Source: Klebsormidium nitens
Taxonomy: Eukaryota > Plantae > Klebsormidiophyceae
Direction: 5' to 3'
NCBI GenBank assembly: GCA_000708835.1
Contig: DF237021.1
Coordinates: 1 to 64,000, forward strand
DNA: 64,000 nucleotides
Below, piece after piece: positions 49,778 through 63,200 of the stretch. The translations under genes were made by a program, and so were the position numbers. The stretch's first letter is position 1; every line of letters begins with the position of its first letter. The notes beneath the pieces were generated by a model that ran no database searches, was not told the origin of the DNA, and saw only the letters and a program-made list of their open reading frames with translations.

Positions 49778-51627
49778 TCTGCCGGTCTGATCCTTTTTAG
49801 CAAACCACTGTTGCCAGGCCAGTGTTATTGCTCACTTGATGGTTTCAACAGAAGAAGCAGATGGGGTTCCACATTCTCTGGCCTCCGAACCACTCGAGGA
49901 GCACTACACGTTCCTGCTTGGCAGCTGCTCAGCGGTCAGAAGGGGGTCTTCCTCCGCAGACTCTCCAGTTTGAATGCAAGGCGGAACGTTTTTCGGGGAA
50001 GCTCTTTGCTTAGCTTGTACATAACTAAAGAAACGGTGAGATGAAGCCCCCTTGAGCCGGCTTCAAACCTAACCGGTGCCCATATTGTGTCCTAGCTTCA
50101 AAGAAATGGTAGAATGCAATGAAGGAAACGTTGGATGGAGAAGAGAGCTCCCCAACCGGGCTGCTATTGCCCCGCGATCGCCATTGAAGCGCGTATGCTG
50201 GAAGCTATGCTCCTGTCTGGCATAAACTTCTTGTCCCCTAGAATGTTCAGATAAATATGTGCATCGGACGGTTCAGAACCAGAGGAAGTGACATCGACGG
50301 TCACTTCCGCTGAATCCCCGGGCACTTTCAGCGGTTGCCCAAGACTGACAAAGTTGCTCAGTAAAACCAAAGTCCCGGAAGTCAAGGCCTAAACCGGAAC
50401 ACCTACAGCCAGTAATTTGAAGCAGAAGACTGCCGCAATGGCTGCCTTGTGCTCAGGGCTTGAGGAGGCAGGGACGGGCTGTGGGGGGAGAGTAGAAGGT
50501 CTTTCTCCACAAACTTTGCATTTCAGCAAGCTAGGATTGCTTTTTGTAGAGCAGTCTTGCCGTTGAGATTGCAAAATTTGATGTATAGTTGCCCCGGCGA
50601 CTTTCAACAAAACCTCCATTGCGCCTCCGAGGCTCCTTTTAGGGTTGAAAGGCACATTTTGGATTTGGGGGGAGAATGTGCATCAAATTTACCTTTGAAA
50701 GCAGCTGGTATTCAATTTATAGGTTGCACATAGCTTCAGGTTGCCGTTGGGTTTGAGAAATTTTGGTCATGGGTGCTGCTCCCAGCTCATTTCAGCCATG
50801 TCGGCAGCCATGGCGGCCAGTCTGAGGTGCTGGGCAAAATAACAATTTTGGACTTCACCACTTTCGGGCGCTGTCCCTCCTTTCTGCGACCTTTAGGCGG
50901 GGGATGGACTCAGCCTTCTGTTCAGCAAAGGCAATCGGCGTACCGTCCGATCTTAGAAAATAGAACGATTTCACCGTTGGATGCCCGGACTGCGCCCGGT
51001 ACGCCAAAAATTACTTAACCAGGCCAGCGGACGGAGGTTCATGCCAGACAGGATGCTGCGTGAGTGACACCGTTGCGAGATCCCCCTAAGCTATAGACAC
51101 GCTGCATGGAGGATCCCCCTGAAAGGCACACGTGACGAACCCTCGCTTCCGTGTTCGTTGGATAGAAACCCATCGACGGTTAGAGAATCCTGGGACTTGG
51201 ACACTGAAAAGTTGCATGTCGGAAGTTTCTAGGTACGCCCTTCACCGTCCGATGATTGTAGGTGATGAGCGGACGGTTCAGGCTGCGGGTCACGTACGGT
51301 GTCGAACTACAGATGGCCGCATACCTATCAAAGCTTTTGCATACCCTATTGGGGTAGCTTGCAGGCGAAGCACAGGCTGAACGCCTTAAGCCATAACCTA
51401 TGGGTATGCGGCGCAGGAGACAGGAGTTGCAAGCAGTGAATGTGGGGAGGAACGCAATGCGCATTCTGAAAGTGGAGGCCGCCAATCTGGTTTGCTACCT
51501 ATCTGCAATGATTTTCTTTACAGATTACAGTAGATTGTAACAGCAGTGGGGGTTGGCTCAATTTGGAGCACCTCAGAAGACAATAATTTGAATCCCTCCT
51601 CTCAAAAACCAATGTGATAGGATTCTC

Positions 51628-54600
51628 ATGGCTTTCAAAGTAGGTGACCGTGTGGAATGCTGGACCAAGGATGAGGGGTTTCTAGACTCTTATTTCGTAG
51701 CAGACCTTCAGTCGATCAGCGGCAAGAGGTGCATCGTCAAGTATGTCGAGTTGCTGACAGAAGATGGGGACCGTCTGATTGAGAATTTGCCCCTGGAGCA
51801 GCTGCGTCCCTTGCCCCCTAAAATCGACCGTTCAGGAGAGGACCCCAACTTCCTACCAGGGTCTTACATTGAGGCATACCACCAGGTAACCACCAGCTCT
51901 GATCAAGTCACGTCATCCTTGTGCTCAGTAACAGCTTGTTCAGTCCACCTCCAATGCTGAATCAGCATGGAGGAACGGCATTGAGGAGCCATGTCTTGGG
52001 ATTTGATAGAGTTTGCCTTCCAGTGTTGTCCTGTCTAGCTATAATGTTTCTGGTCTCTTGATCGCCTGGCACCTCAAGGATGAGGTTTTGAAGTTTGAGA
52101 AACTTAGTCAACGGAGGGAAGTCAGAAGCAAGGGCACCCAAGGGAGTGTGATTGTTTCAAGGTCATACCTGCAGACAAAATGTCTACATCTACTTGGTCA
52201 GATTGCAAGGAGAGCGTTAATGTTGTAAAGTATACGCGATTGGATCATCGTCATGGGGCATTATTGCAAACTGTGTGCAAGAGTAGGGCCTTTCCTCAGC
52301 TGCGGTCTGAAGCATCTCCAAAGACAGCTGTCAGCATGCTCAAGCCTTGGGGGAATGCAAGGAACACATTCTAGAAGGAACATTTCTTTCTTGTTGGACT
52401 CAAGGAATGGTTTGATGTGTGGTCGCTTTGTGAGCAGAGAGGAATCAAAGCAGTGAGGGCATTCCACTAGCATGTTGTTGTGTCCTGCTTAGTTGCTGCT
52501 GAATTTTCAATTTCTGCTGGACGTTTGCACAATCAGATTGGAACTCCAGGCATGATATGTTGTAACCTCTGTAGTTCAACCTGTAAACACACCAATCACT
52601 TTGCTTTGCTGCAGGATGGTTGGTGGAAGGGAGCAATCCACAAGAAGGTAGACAATGACTGCTACCTGTGCTACTTCCTGAGCAATGGGATAGAGCAGCT
52701 CCAACCCACTACCGCGAGCTTAGGACAAGCCAGGACTGGGTTGATGGAGCATGGATAGTCAAAGGTGCCAAAGTGAGTATCTGCACTTGGTTTGTTTCTT
52801 TTTCTGAAGATGGAGTGAGACAGATTGTGGTAGATGCTTGTAAGGATGTTGATGCATCATGCAGCGTCAAGGGTGCAGATCAATGCTTGCAAGTCAGCTG
52901 ATGAAGCATGAGTAATCATGCAAAGAATGCATAGAAGAAGGCAGGCTGCCGTTGTTGATGCTGTTGGTGCAGCGGTGTTGGTGTGTCTTCTGGGTGGACT
53001 GTTTCCTTTGACATGACCAGGCTTTCTTCTGCATGCTTTTAGTCCTGGTGAAATATTGAGTTGGGGCTTCATTACCATTCTCAGCTGATCTTATCACTTT
53101 TTCTGTCCCTTGTCTGATCTTCGGCCCGGTTGTCACACAATATAGGACAAGTTCTTGGTGAAAATGTGACAAGGAGTAGAAGCTGGAACCAATTAGTCAT
53201 AGCACTTGAGACCGGAAGACGCGACAACGCAGTCTGTTATGTCTTCCTCGCTCCACATTTGCATCTGCTTCAGGCATCTATCAGGGTCTGATGTTCTTGT
53301 AGAGCCTCCAGTGCTTGGCTCTGGGGTATTCACGTCAATCGTCGCTGCTCCGATGTATCAATGCTTAGGCCAATTTGCCAGTAGCTTTTGTTATTCACAC
53401 CCCTCGTCTCCTGTGCTTCCAGGGGGCGCAAACGCCAGCACCCCCAGCCCCCCACAACATCGTCCACCTGAAGCTGCCCTCTCCTCGCACCCCTGAGTCC
53501 CCCTCCCCCCGCGATCGGACTCAGGGCAAGAACAACCCCCCGGCAGAAAGTGCAGCCTCTGAAGGTTTTGTCTTGGATGATGACGAAGAGGAGGATGTCG
53601 ACATTGAAACCTCGTGGGGGGGGCCCGTTTTGGCGGCGGGGGGTGAAAGAATTGCAGCCACACCCCGGCTGCCAAGCGACGAGGAGGGAACCGTTTCTGA
53701 TCGGGGGGGTTCACCAAGCGGGGGTGAAGTGGAGCGGTTGCCGATCGGGGGTGCTGCGAGCAAACCGGAGCCAACAGGACATGTGAGACCAGGCAAGAAG
53801 AATGGAGCAGGGATTCGGAGCGGAGCGACAGGTGGCGATGTTACACCGGCACAGACTGGTACTACGTCGTCAGGAAAACGGAAGGGGACTGGCAGTGAGC
53901 ATGAAGGGAGTCCCAGTAGCAAGAAGCCGCGGAAAGGGCCGGCGCCAGCGAAGGGGAAGGGGGGAGCTGCCGAGAAGAAGAACTCAAGCAAAAGCGTGAG
54001 CAAGAAGAAGAAGCGGCCTACCGATGCGGTTGGTGACGGCCAGTCGCATGGGAACCGGGAGTCGGAGCCACTTGCATTGGTTCCGTATGTTGACGTAAGC
54101 GAGACTAGTTCAGATCCTCGCTGCTACAAGGAGAGTAGCGATCGGCAAAGCCAAGAGTGGACCAGAAAGACAAACGACGATTCGCTTTGTCAAAAGCGGT
54201 CAAAGTCTTGTGGGCCGGGTTTCGGGGTGAGCCCCTTCGGAAAGAATGTCATCCAGCGGTGGGGCAGCAAACAGCGGTCGATGCATGACATCTTGCGGCG
54301 CAGCAGCGTTGACTCGGCAAAAGGGAATAGAGATCCGTACGGTTTTGAATGTGAGATTGACAGGCAGAGGAGGGAAGCTCTCAGGAACACCCAGACGCAG
54401 CCGCAGGAGCGTCACCTGGCGGCCACGTCATCGTGCCAGCTGGCACCTCAGCAGGATTGGCACGAGGCGCCTCCCGATCCCCGCGACCTGGCATACCAGC
54501 AGGAAAGCAGTCCCACTCTTTGTTGGGAGAGCTGGGGCGCTCAGGAGTCAACGCAAGGGGATGGATTGGCCGAATGGCACAACGAGCGGCCGTGCTTGCC

Positions 54601-55492
54601 AACCGAGCCGGAGTTTCGGGGCCGAGAAGACGGGTACAGTTTACCCTCAGCGCAGGCGGAGGTGCCGTTGGAGAGATTCAGCTTTCGGGCGGCGTACGGG
54701 AGCATACTGGAGGCGTTGCTGAGGAAGGTGGGTATCTCTGCTGAGATTGGTGCTCTGAGAGCGAGACCTTGGACGGCTTTCCTCTCGAGTCTTTCCGTAA
54801 ACTTCCGCAGACTCACTGCGGCTGTGACTTTCTTATCATGTGGTGGAAAAGCTCTCGAAGGAATGTGGTGAGATATCCAGAGCGTTCAATGCTATTTGTT
54901 CCTAGTGACCCAAGACAGACAACGATTCTGGGACAGAAGTAGACCTGCAGAATTTAAGTCGCTTTCGAGTCGAGATGTCAGTGCCGGACGTTTCCGGGGG
55001 TTGGCAGCATGTTCCACAACTCGGCTTGTCCAAGCGGGAGCTGACTTTGTGCCATCGTGATTGCTGGCATGAGCGGTTGCCTGATCCATTGTTCAATGAA
55101 GCACCCTGTGCAAGGCTCTCTTGGCCATTCGGCTTTTGACGAAAATTAGTTCTCGTTTGCACTTCCTGATAAAGATAATACCTGAGCTTGCAAGTCCGTG
55201 TTGTGCCTGACGTCGCTCTTCTTGAACACCCCAGTTTTGAGCGAAGTATTCCTGGTGCGTCTGCGGTTCTGTCACTGGTTCTCGACATCTGACCTTGCAC
55301 CGTGCGAAAGAGGGAAATGCGGCCGCTGACGTTCCCCATCTCACAAGAAGGTTACCTCGATTGCAGGACATGCCTGGTTTCCGCCGTGAGTGCCTTCTGG
55401 CCGAGCTGCGGTCGGAGTTGCGCATCTCCGATCGGTGCCATGAGAAGCAGTACCAACATGCGCTCCGCCGAATTGAAGGCCTTGCCGATTGA
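51628..55492 (+). CDS. Tandem Agenet (plant Tudor-like) plus C-terminal ENT domain protein; one-base frameshift in exon 2
   Basis: Exon 51628-51884 (FKVGDRVECWTKDEGFLDSYF...LRPLPP...YIEAYHQ). Exon 52615-52772 (DGWWKG...[frameshift]...ELRTSQDWVDGAW). Exon 53423-~54728 (low-complexity linker, RAAYGSILEAL). Exon ~55347-55492 (RECLLAELRSELRISDRCHEKQ, ENT-like). Confidence 0.8.
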
Positions 55493-55612
55493 GCTTCTAG
55501 ATGCCTGAACAGAAAGCAGCAGAGTGCTCGTTTACTGATGAGAAAGTTGGTAGAGTAGCCTGGGCGGTTTATGCGAAAAGTACTTGGGCTGCATGCGTTG
55601 CGGATGAGAGTA

Positions 55613-55875
55613 CCGTACCGGCATGGGAATTCACCACCTTTTGGTGTGAAAACTTAATTTCGTTCATCCTGGAGCTTCACCGGGCGCGTTGAGTATATAT
55701 TTTTCATTTCACAAAAGCGTTTTTTCTGGGTTTTCCACACTCGGAACAAGCCAGAATGACCTTTTTCCAAAAAATTGTGGTTTCACCATATCACAGTCGG
55801 GGTGATCTTTGGTTTTATTGTTTTCACACCGACCCCAAAATAATTAATAAAAGTTGAATTCCCATGCCGGTACGG
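55613..55875. mobile_element. Tc1/mariner-type MITE (263 bp, TA TSD)
   Basis: Perfect 21-bp TIR CCGTACCGGCATGGGAATTCA (55613-55633) / TGAATTCCCATGCCGGTACGG (55855-55875), flanked by TA on both sides, with an AT-rich interior. Confidence 0.82.
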
Positions 55876-57295
55876 TATGTTATGTACAGGTACTATTCGT
55901 GTTTCTTGAGGCCGGTCGCTGAAAGATAATAGTCAAATATGTAGATTGGATTCTTCATTGGCACTTGGCTTGGTCAATTCGAATTCTTTAATTGAGATTA
56001 AAAGAAGAGGGATGCGATGTGAGCCGTAGTTGCAGAGCAGTGACATCTGTGGATCTTCAAGCAAGTAGATTGTCACCATTATATGGAAAGTCTGGCAAGA
56101 ACGCATCGTCAGAAAAGGCCTGGCGATATTAAGTGAAAGCGCTCATCGTTGAAAGCACAATCGGGTGAGATATGGCCGAGTCATCATATGAGTGAGTCTC
56201 TCATGTCGACGGTCGCGCGCAAGTACGCATGGCATGTGCTCTTTGAGATTCCAGGTTCTGCATCTGTATGTGACGGGCCGTAGTGCACTGAGTTTACATG
56301 CATCCTGGCATGCAATTTAGTACGTCGTACTGCACATGCAGGTTGCATGAGTGACCCGGATCGCCAATCCATGCATGGCTAATTGCATGATCCACAATGA
56401 TGCAGGTAGCTCGGATTGTATAACCGCTAGATCACTGTTAACAATCAATCGTTATAATTAAGACGAAATTCACTGCGGCACGACCAGTCCGCGCGGAAAT
56501 TGTTGTATATCACGCTCAGGACCGATTGAGGGTCAATTGCAGATGATTGATACTATAGCTAGATATATGAAAACAGGAAATATGCATTGAAAAGACAGCC
56601 GCCTATGATCGGATAGGTTATATAAAACGTCTGCATGGTTTGAATTGCGAAGGCTGACGCGGTGGATTTATGATCAAAACTAACGAACGATCTGATTCAC
56701 AGTCGCGCAATCCAATGCATTGTCAGTGAAGTGGCAGCCTCTAAGCTAGCACTGAGATTGTCTCTTGAGAAGTATTGCACGAGCAGGTAGCGACCTCGAA
56801 ACGATACTTGCAAGACCTGGCATGTGTGTTATGCATCTCTAGGCTAACAAGCGTCTTGTCGGGATCCGACTACAAAACACCAGCTATAATAGTACTCAAA
56901 GCCTATCCGTCCGACTGATCAACCATGTCTTCAAATGCAGTTCCTACGTTACTTCAAACCTTGTGTAGCAGCAAAGCATGTGGCCGCTGAACACGTTACA
57001 TCCTTGTTTGTTAGCTGAGTCGGTTGCCGCGCTCTAGTGCAGCGGCTTTCCATCCACTTCTCATCAGTGTACCATTCGGAGCACCACAAGGTCAGTCAAA
57101 GACTAGGTTCGCATGGTCAAAACGTGAAAGTTCGCTTACCTCTCAAACTTATTTACATACTCAACAGACAGTACTATCGCGACACTACGTCAGTCGTTAC
57201 CTCACAAAACAAAACCCGTTAATTAGTCGTGCAAAACTTCACCCCGACGGATCCATACTCCACTTTCCGGCAGCCTGGATCAGCATGCCGACGCG

Positions 57296-60200
57296 CTACG
57301 AGTCGTACTCGATGGCGACGCCCTTGATGCTGACGTCACCGAACTCGGACCCCTCGCCGGCCGCCGGCACGATCGTCACGCCGAAGTCGCTCGAGTCCGT
57401 CAGGCCGAGGCTCTCCAGGACGCTGCTGATCGAGATCCTGACGTCCACCTCTGACGTCATCGTCTGTGACATCATCATCCCCATGGGGACCGTGGTGAAC
57501 GAGCCCGCATATTGGGCGCAGTCGAGGGGCGTGTTGGGAGTGGCATCGGGCAGGTTGATGAAGACGTTGAAGTGCGCCGGTTGGTCGGACGGGTAGGAGA
57601 CGCCCTGGAGGACGAGGACCTCTTCCTGGAAGTCGGGGACCTGAAACGGGAGACGATAGCGTGATCTTAAAAAGAGGTTTGTTTCTCTTTATTCAATGCC
57701 CAAATGGGAGCGAACAGCCATTTAAGACGGCACTCCGGGAACGCGTCGAAAGCGGCTCTCTGGTACTGAGATTAACCAGATTGAGCTTAACTGATTTTGA
57801 CTTTGAACGGGTACGAAGGCGTGGTTTTGAGACCAAGATTTGGCAAGTGAACTTTGACCCAGATTACGGGACAAATTCAGACTGGAGGATAGAATACCAT
57901 AAATGTCGAGGCCTTTATCAACCGGACCAACGGACTGCAGAGGGATTTTGGCAGGGAATGAGAGCACGATCTGAGGAATGCAATTAACCAGTAGAGGAAT
58001 CGAGATGGTGGAGAGCGTTTTCAGCAACAGGACCTTCATGTTCGCATGACAAGCTCGCGGTTATGTACATCTGCCGCCCTTGTCACGTCAGAAATGTACT
58101 GGCCAAGGCACTTCAAAGAACGAATCAAAGAAACCAATTGGCGACGAAGCAACAAGCAGCCCAATCACTCCTAAGCAGGAATTAACCAACCCTGGTTAAG
58201 TACCAAAAGCCCCTGTAACCCCGTTATTCTCACCGTCAACGCCCCAATCCCCGCTCTCCTCGCCAGCCCGCTAACCCCCGAGCTCCTCAGCAGACCCGCA
58301 ACCGCGCCCGGGTTTCGCCCCGCCCCTAGATCGGACGGCGGCGATCGCGGCACGCTCGAGATGACCAACGGCTCCTTGTTCAGCTGAACAGCCGGGGATG
58401 CTGACGTGGCAGGTCCGAGGGAGTCGAGTTTCTGCGTCACCTCATCCACGGCGAGCAGGCGACGTTGCGAGGGCGCAAAATTACGAGGCGCGGGGGCGGG
58501 CGCGGTCGCCCAAGGGATAGGGACGTCCTCGTATGCGTAGCGGAGGCTTGCCTGAGTGTTGATTGCGTCGGAGACCTTGGCCTCGACCTGGAGAAGAGTA
58601 ACATGGTTTTTTGGCAATTAACCACGGTGGGTTACGGGCTGGTCGAAGCTGATTATATGTTTAGTAAGCAGGCCCGAGCAGTGGCCAGATTTTTCATATG
58701 ATTATGGCCCGGAAAAACGGACAACGAAGCAGACTCAAGCCTGCTAAGACAGCCCGGTCAGCAGTCGGACCTTTCCTGTGGGTAACGTAATTGCTTTTGT
58801 AGTCCGCTATGGTTGGCCCGGGATGGAATGATTCAGGGCAAAAGCTTTGAACTAACAGAAATCATTGCAGATTAAGAGCCGCAAAATAAAGGAACAGAGT
58901 GATCGCAGGCGAGGGCAGCAGCACAAGTCGGTGTCTCACAAGGGCTCATATTGATGAGAATTTATGACTTTCTTTATAACACTGAGAAGGGGCGAAAAGA
59001 ACGAAGCCGGAAACCAAACGGGCAAAGCACCCGGGAATCATTCACCCGACTTTTATTCTTGTTTTCCAAAGGACAGGATTTGGCGATCGCCCATATTGGG
59101 ATGATGTTACCCAGCTGCCCCCGAACACAAGAAGAGCGAGCTCCGGACGTAGCGAGAACTGACATCAACGGACATCGCCACAGAACACGCAGCGATTCCA
59201 TTTTGAAATTCCGCTCACCAGGTTGCGGTTCTCGTCGAAGAACAGGAAGCTCGCCCCCAGCCAATCCGGATCGACGAAATTCCTTCGATTGCCCCCCGGG
59301 AGCGTCAGCCACACGCTCCATAGCCTATCCAAGTTTCCGTGGTGCCCATAAAAGATTGGGTCCTGGCCAGCCGTGCCAAACTGGCCCATGTTTCCCCCGA
59401 CCCATACGTGTACCGGGTTATGCGGGCTGATCTCGAGCTGCCCCGGTCGCCGCCGAGACAAGGGATCCCCCGCGCGCAAGGGGTTTCCGAAGAACAGGTT
59501 TGCGGTGGTGGCCTGGAAGATCTGCGCGCGCATCGTGGCGGTGTTGTCGCTGATGACCTGCGCGGCGGGCAGTGTCGGCCTGGAGCGGAACAAGAGTGGT
59601 TATGATAACCACGAAATGAACCATCCGATCTGTAAGGCTTGGTAACCATCATGAGCCTTTCCTTCAGTTCATTAGTTGTGCTTTATCTGGACAACAAAGT
59701 CGAGGATGAAGAACGTAGCTAACACTGACAAGGTTCGTTTGCCCACTCCGAGCTCGTGCGCAATCTAAACCCCCTTACTAACCCAACCCGTCCCAGGCAG
59801 GTTGTCTTCATGTGATCTGGGCTTATCATACCTATTCTATAGATCAATCGTAATCATTCTGAAACGGAGAACGAGAATCAAGCGAGTCGATTACTCGTAA
59901 AAGAGGACGCGGCGCGCTTGTCACAGTTGATTGCACCATGTGGATCTTGAAAAACAGGGGTACACAGGTCTGAGAATCACAGAAATTTTGGCGTAGGGTC
60001 CAAGGGGAGTCCACCCAGGAAGAACCAACGTCGTTGACAAGGATTTCGGATTCAGGGGAAAAGAAACAGAATAATACAATAAACCATGGACGCATTAAAC
60101 AAGAGATGTTTTAGCACGCTTTCTAATAAGAAGAAAGGTCGAAGCAACAGCGCGGATCAAAAACCCACATTTGAGCCGGTAAAAGCTCGAGATATCGAGC

Positions 60201-63200
60201 GAATTTCGAAGCAGGGCTTGTAATCAGCCGCTAAACTAAGTTAGCACTCCAGATAAAAGCAGGGTCGGGGTCGACTTTGAGGTTCTTAACCACTGAGACT
60301 TGCACTCATATTGAACCCATCAGCAAGGCCAAACGCTTTCAGCAACGCTCTGTTTCAGGAGATCCTATGACGACCATCTTAAGTTTTGTGGTGGCCAATT
60401 CCGCGCAAAAACCACCCCTTTTTCAGAAGATTTCATAGAACCGCCATTGTTTTTAACGGAATAATTGTTTCTGAACCCAGTTGATCGCGTTGTACCACTA
60501 TATTGGCGCAATTTGATTGAAGCTTTGAGAACAGCACTCACGCGGCTCGGTTGAAGGAGACCAGCGTCGACTTTGATTGCTCGGATCTCGTCGAATCATA
60601 AAGGAAGGGCAGGCCGGTCTGATCGACGTAGATTTGGGGCGTCCGGCAGTCTGGGGAGGCCGCATTCAGCGCATCGTAATTCCAGAAGGGGAGGGCGAAG
60701 CTATCCGCCTGGCTCGCAAACTCCGGGTCCTGTTAACAGGGAATTTGGCAGTTAACCAAGCTTGGTCAACCTCTAGTTTAGTGGTCGTTCCACCATAGAA
60801 AAGCTAGCATNNNNNNNNNNNNNNNNNNNNNNNNNNNNNNNNNNNNNNNNNNNNNNNNNNNNNNNNNNNNNNNNNNNNNNNNNNNNNNNNNNNNNNNNNN
60901 NNNNNNNNNNNNNNNNNNNNNNNNNNNNNNNNNNNNNNNNNNNNNNNNNNNNNNNNNNNNNNNNNNNNNNNNNNNNNNNNNNNNNNNNNNNNNNNNNNNN
61001 NNNNNNNNNNNNNNNNNNNNNNNNNNNNNNNNNNNNNNNNNNNNNNNNNNNNNNNNNNNNNNNNNNNNNNNNNNNNNNNNNNNNNNNNNNNNNNNNNNNN
61101 NNNNNNNNNNNNNNNNNNNNNNNNNNNNNNNNNNNNNNNNNNNNNNNNNNNNNNNNNNNNNNNNNNNNNNNNNNNNNNNNNNNNNNNNNNNNNNNNNNNN
61201 NNNNNNNNNNNNNNNNNNNNNNNNNNNNNNNNNNNNNNNNNNNNNNNNNNNNNNNNNNNNNNNNNNNNNNNNNNNNNNNNNNNNNNNNNNNNNNNNNNNN
61301 NNNNNNNNNNNNNNNNNNNNNNNNNNNNNNNNNNNNNNNNNNNNNNNNNNNNNNNNNNNNNNNNNNNNNNNNNNNNNNNNNNNNNNNNNNNNNNNNNNNN
61401 NNNNNNNNNNNNNNNNNNNNNNNNNNNNNNNNNNNNNNNNNNNNNNNNNNNNNNNNNNNNNNNNNNNNNNNNNNNNNNNNNNNNNNNNNNNNNNNNNNNN
61501 NNNNNNNNNNNNNNNNNNNNNNNNNNNNNNNNNNNNNNNNNNNNNNNNNNNNNNNNNNNNNNNNNNNNNNNNNNNNNNNNNNNNNNNNNNNNNNNNNNNN
61601 NNNNNNNNNNNNNNNNNNNNNNNNNNNNNNNNNNNNNNNNATCAGCACATCGTATTTCCAGAACGGGAGCTCGAAGCTATTCGCCTGGCTCGCAACTTCC
61701 GGATCGTGCCAACAGGGAGTTTTTGCAGTTAACCAAGCTTGGTCAATCTCTGGTTAAGTAGTCAAGAAAAGCTGGCTGAAGGGCACTCGAACAAAGTTGG
61801 TCAAGAGCAGAAGTTGCCTGTTACTCACGTTCGTCGAAGCAGTCGACGAGTTCGTGGGCGATGCGTAGAAACGAGTGCATCCTTTGTGCCTTGGGAGATA
61901 CTATGTGGGAGAGGCATTGGAAAGTATGTACGTGTACTGAGATTTTGCAGCATATATAGACGTCGTAATCTGCCTGTATGTACTCAGTCAAGTCAGACAA
62001 TGTGGTGTTCGGAGTTTTCATTGCATTCTACGTTTGGTTGGCCCGCAACTCCTAAACCAGGCTTTGGAAAGCAACGCTTGTAACTCTCGTCTCTCTGAAG
62101 ACGCATTTCTAACTTAGGATAAGCGCCCGGGAGACGTCCTAAATCTGAAGCGGTCTAGTGTCACTCTGTTTGAGACCCCACTGCCCTACGGACGCTCACG
62201 GTTTTGAGCAGGCTGATGAGAATGCGCTCGTGGAAGTGGAGGTACAAACGGTGCCACGGGAGGAACAGCCAGCTGGAGTGGACCTGGAGCGGGTACCGGG
62301 CCCCTTGGAAACTGTACTGGTACAACTCGTTGCAGTATGCGCAGTGTACATGGGCCTGGACACACCGAACTTGGACTGGTTCATTCAACATAACCATAAA
62401 CTCCAACAATATCAAGGTCTTCAGGTATTGGAAGTACTGGTTACCTCCGATTAACCAACATTGAAATCGGAATCGAAAGAAAGTTAGGCTCTGCAAACTA
62501 TCTGACGGGGGCTTTGTGAAGTCTCAGCCAACCAAAGGCCGTTCCTCGTTTGAAGGAGGGTTTGCCACCCCTTTTTTGGAGCTTGTTCGACTCCTACGGT
62601 TTCATCAAGTGCGCGCTTTCTTTCTAAGCTGACAATTATCGTCTCTCTCCTTTCTCGCTCTTCTCAGAGCAATTTCACACCAGACGAGAGGATATAAGGA
62701 GAACGGAAATGCAAGCCAGAACAAAAGTAGAACAGAGCAATCACCACATTTCGAAGCATCACCTGTTGCAAGTACCAGCGGGGGTCGGTTGGATCTTCTC
62801 TGGCCTTCTGCCTGAGCAGTTGGTACGCTCTGTTGAACATCCTCCTCTCCTGAGTTGTCAAGTTGCCAGTGGCCTTTCTCGTACGAACAGGGCCCGCCAA
62901 TGGAGTGAAGGGGACCCGTGGGGGAATTCCATTGGGTCTGAAGGAAAAAGGGGAGTCACATGTCGGTTTCAGGAACGATAGGTTTTGCTGGTAGGACATG
63001 ATAGAGCACTGTCAGAGGAGCTGCATTGTTGGTCTATCAGGCTTGAGTCGTGTGATTGGACAGAGTTCAGGTTGAAGGGAGTGAGACGATCGCAGAACTG
63101 CTTATTGAGGACGAAAGAATGAGCGACACAGCATCCAAACTGGTTACTTTGATTTCAAAGGATTTTGGTGGGAAGAATGGGAGACAGGAGAGTCAAACTT

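Noticed and set aside
50160-50660. Two short minus-strand ORFs upstream of the membrane-protein gene
   Set aside because: No recognisable motif, and no splice-phase link to neighbouring genes established.
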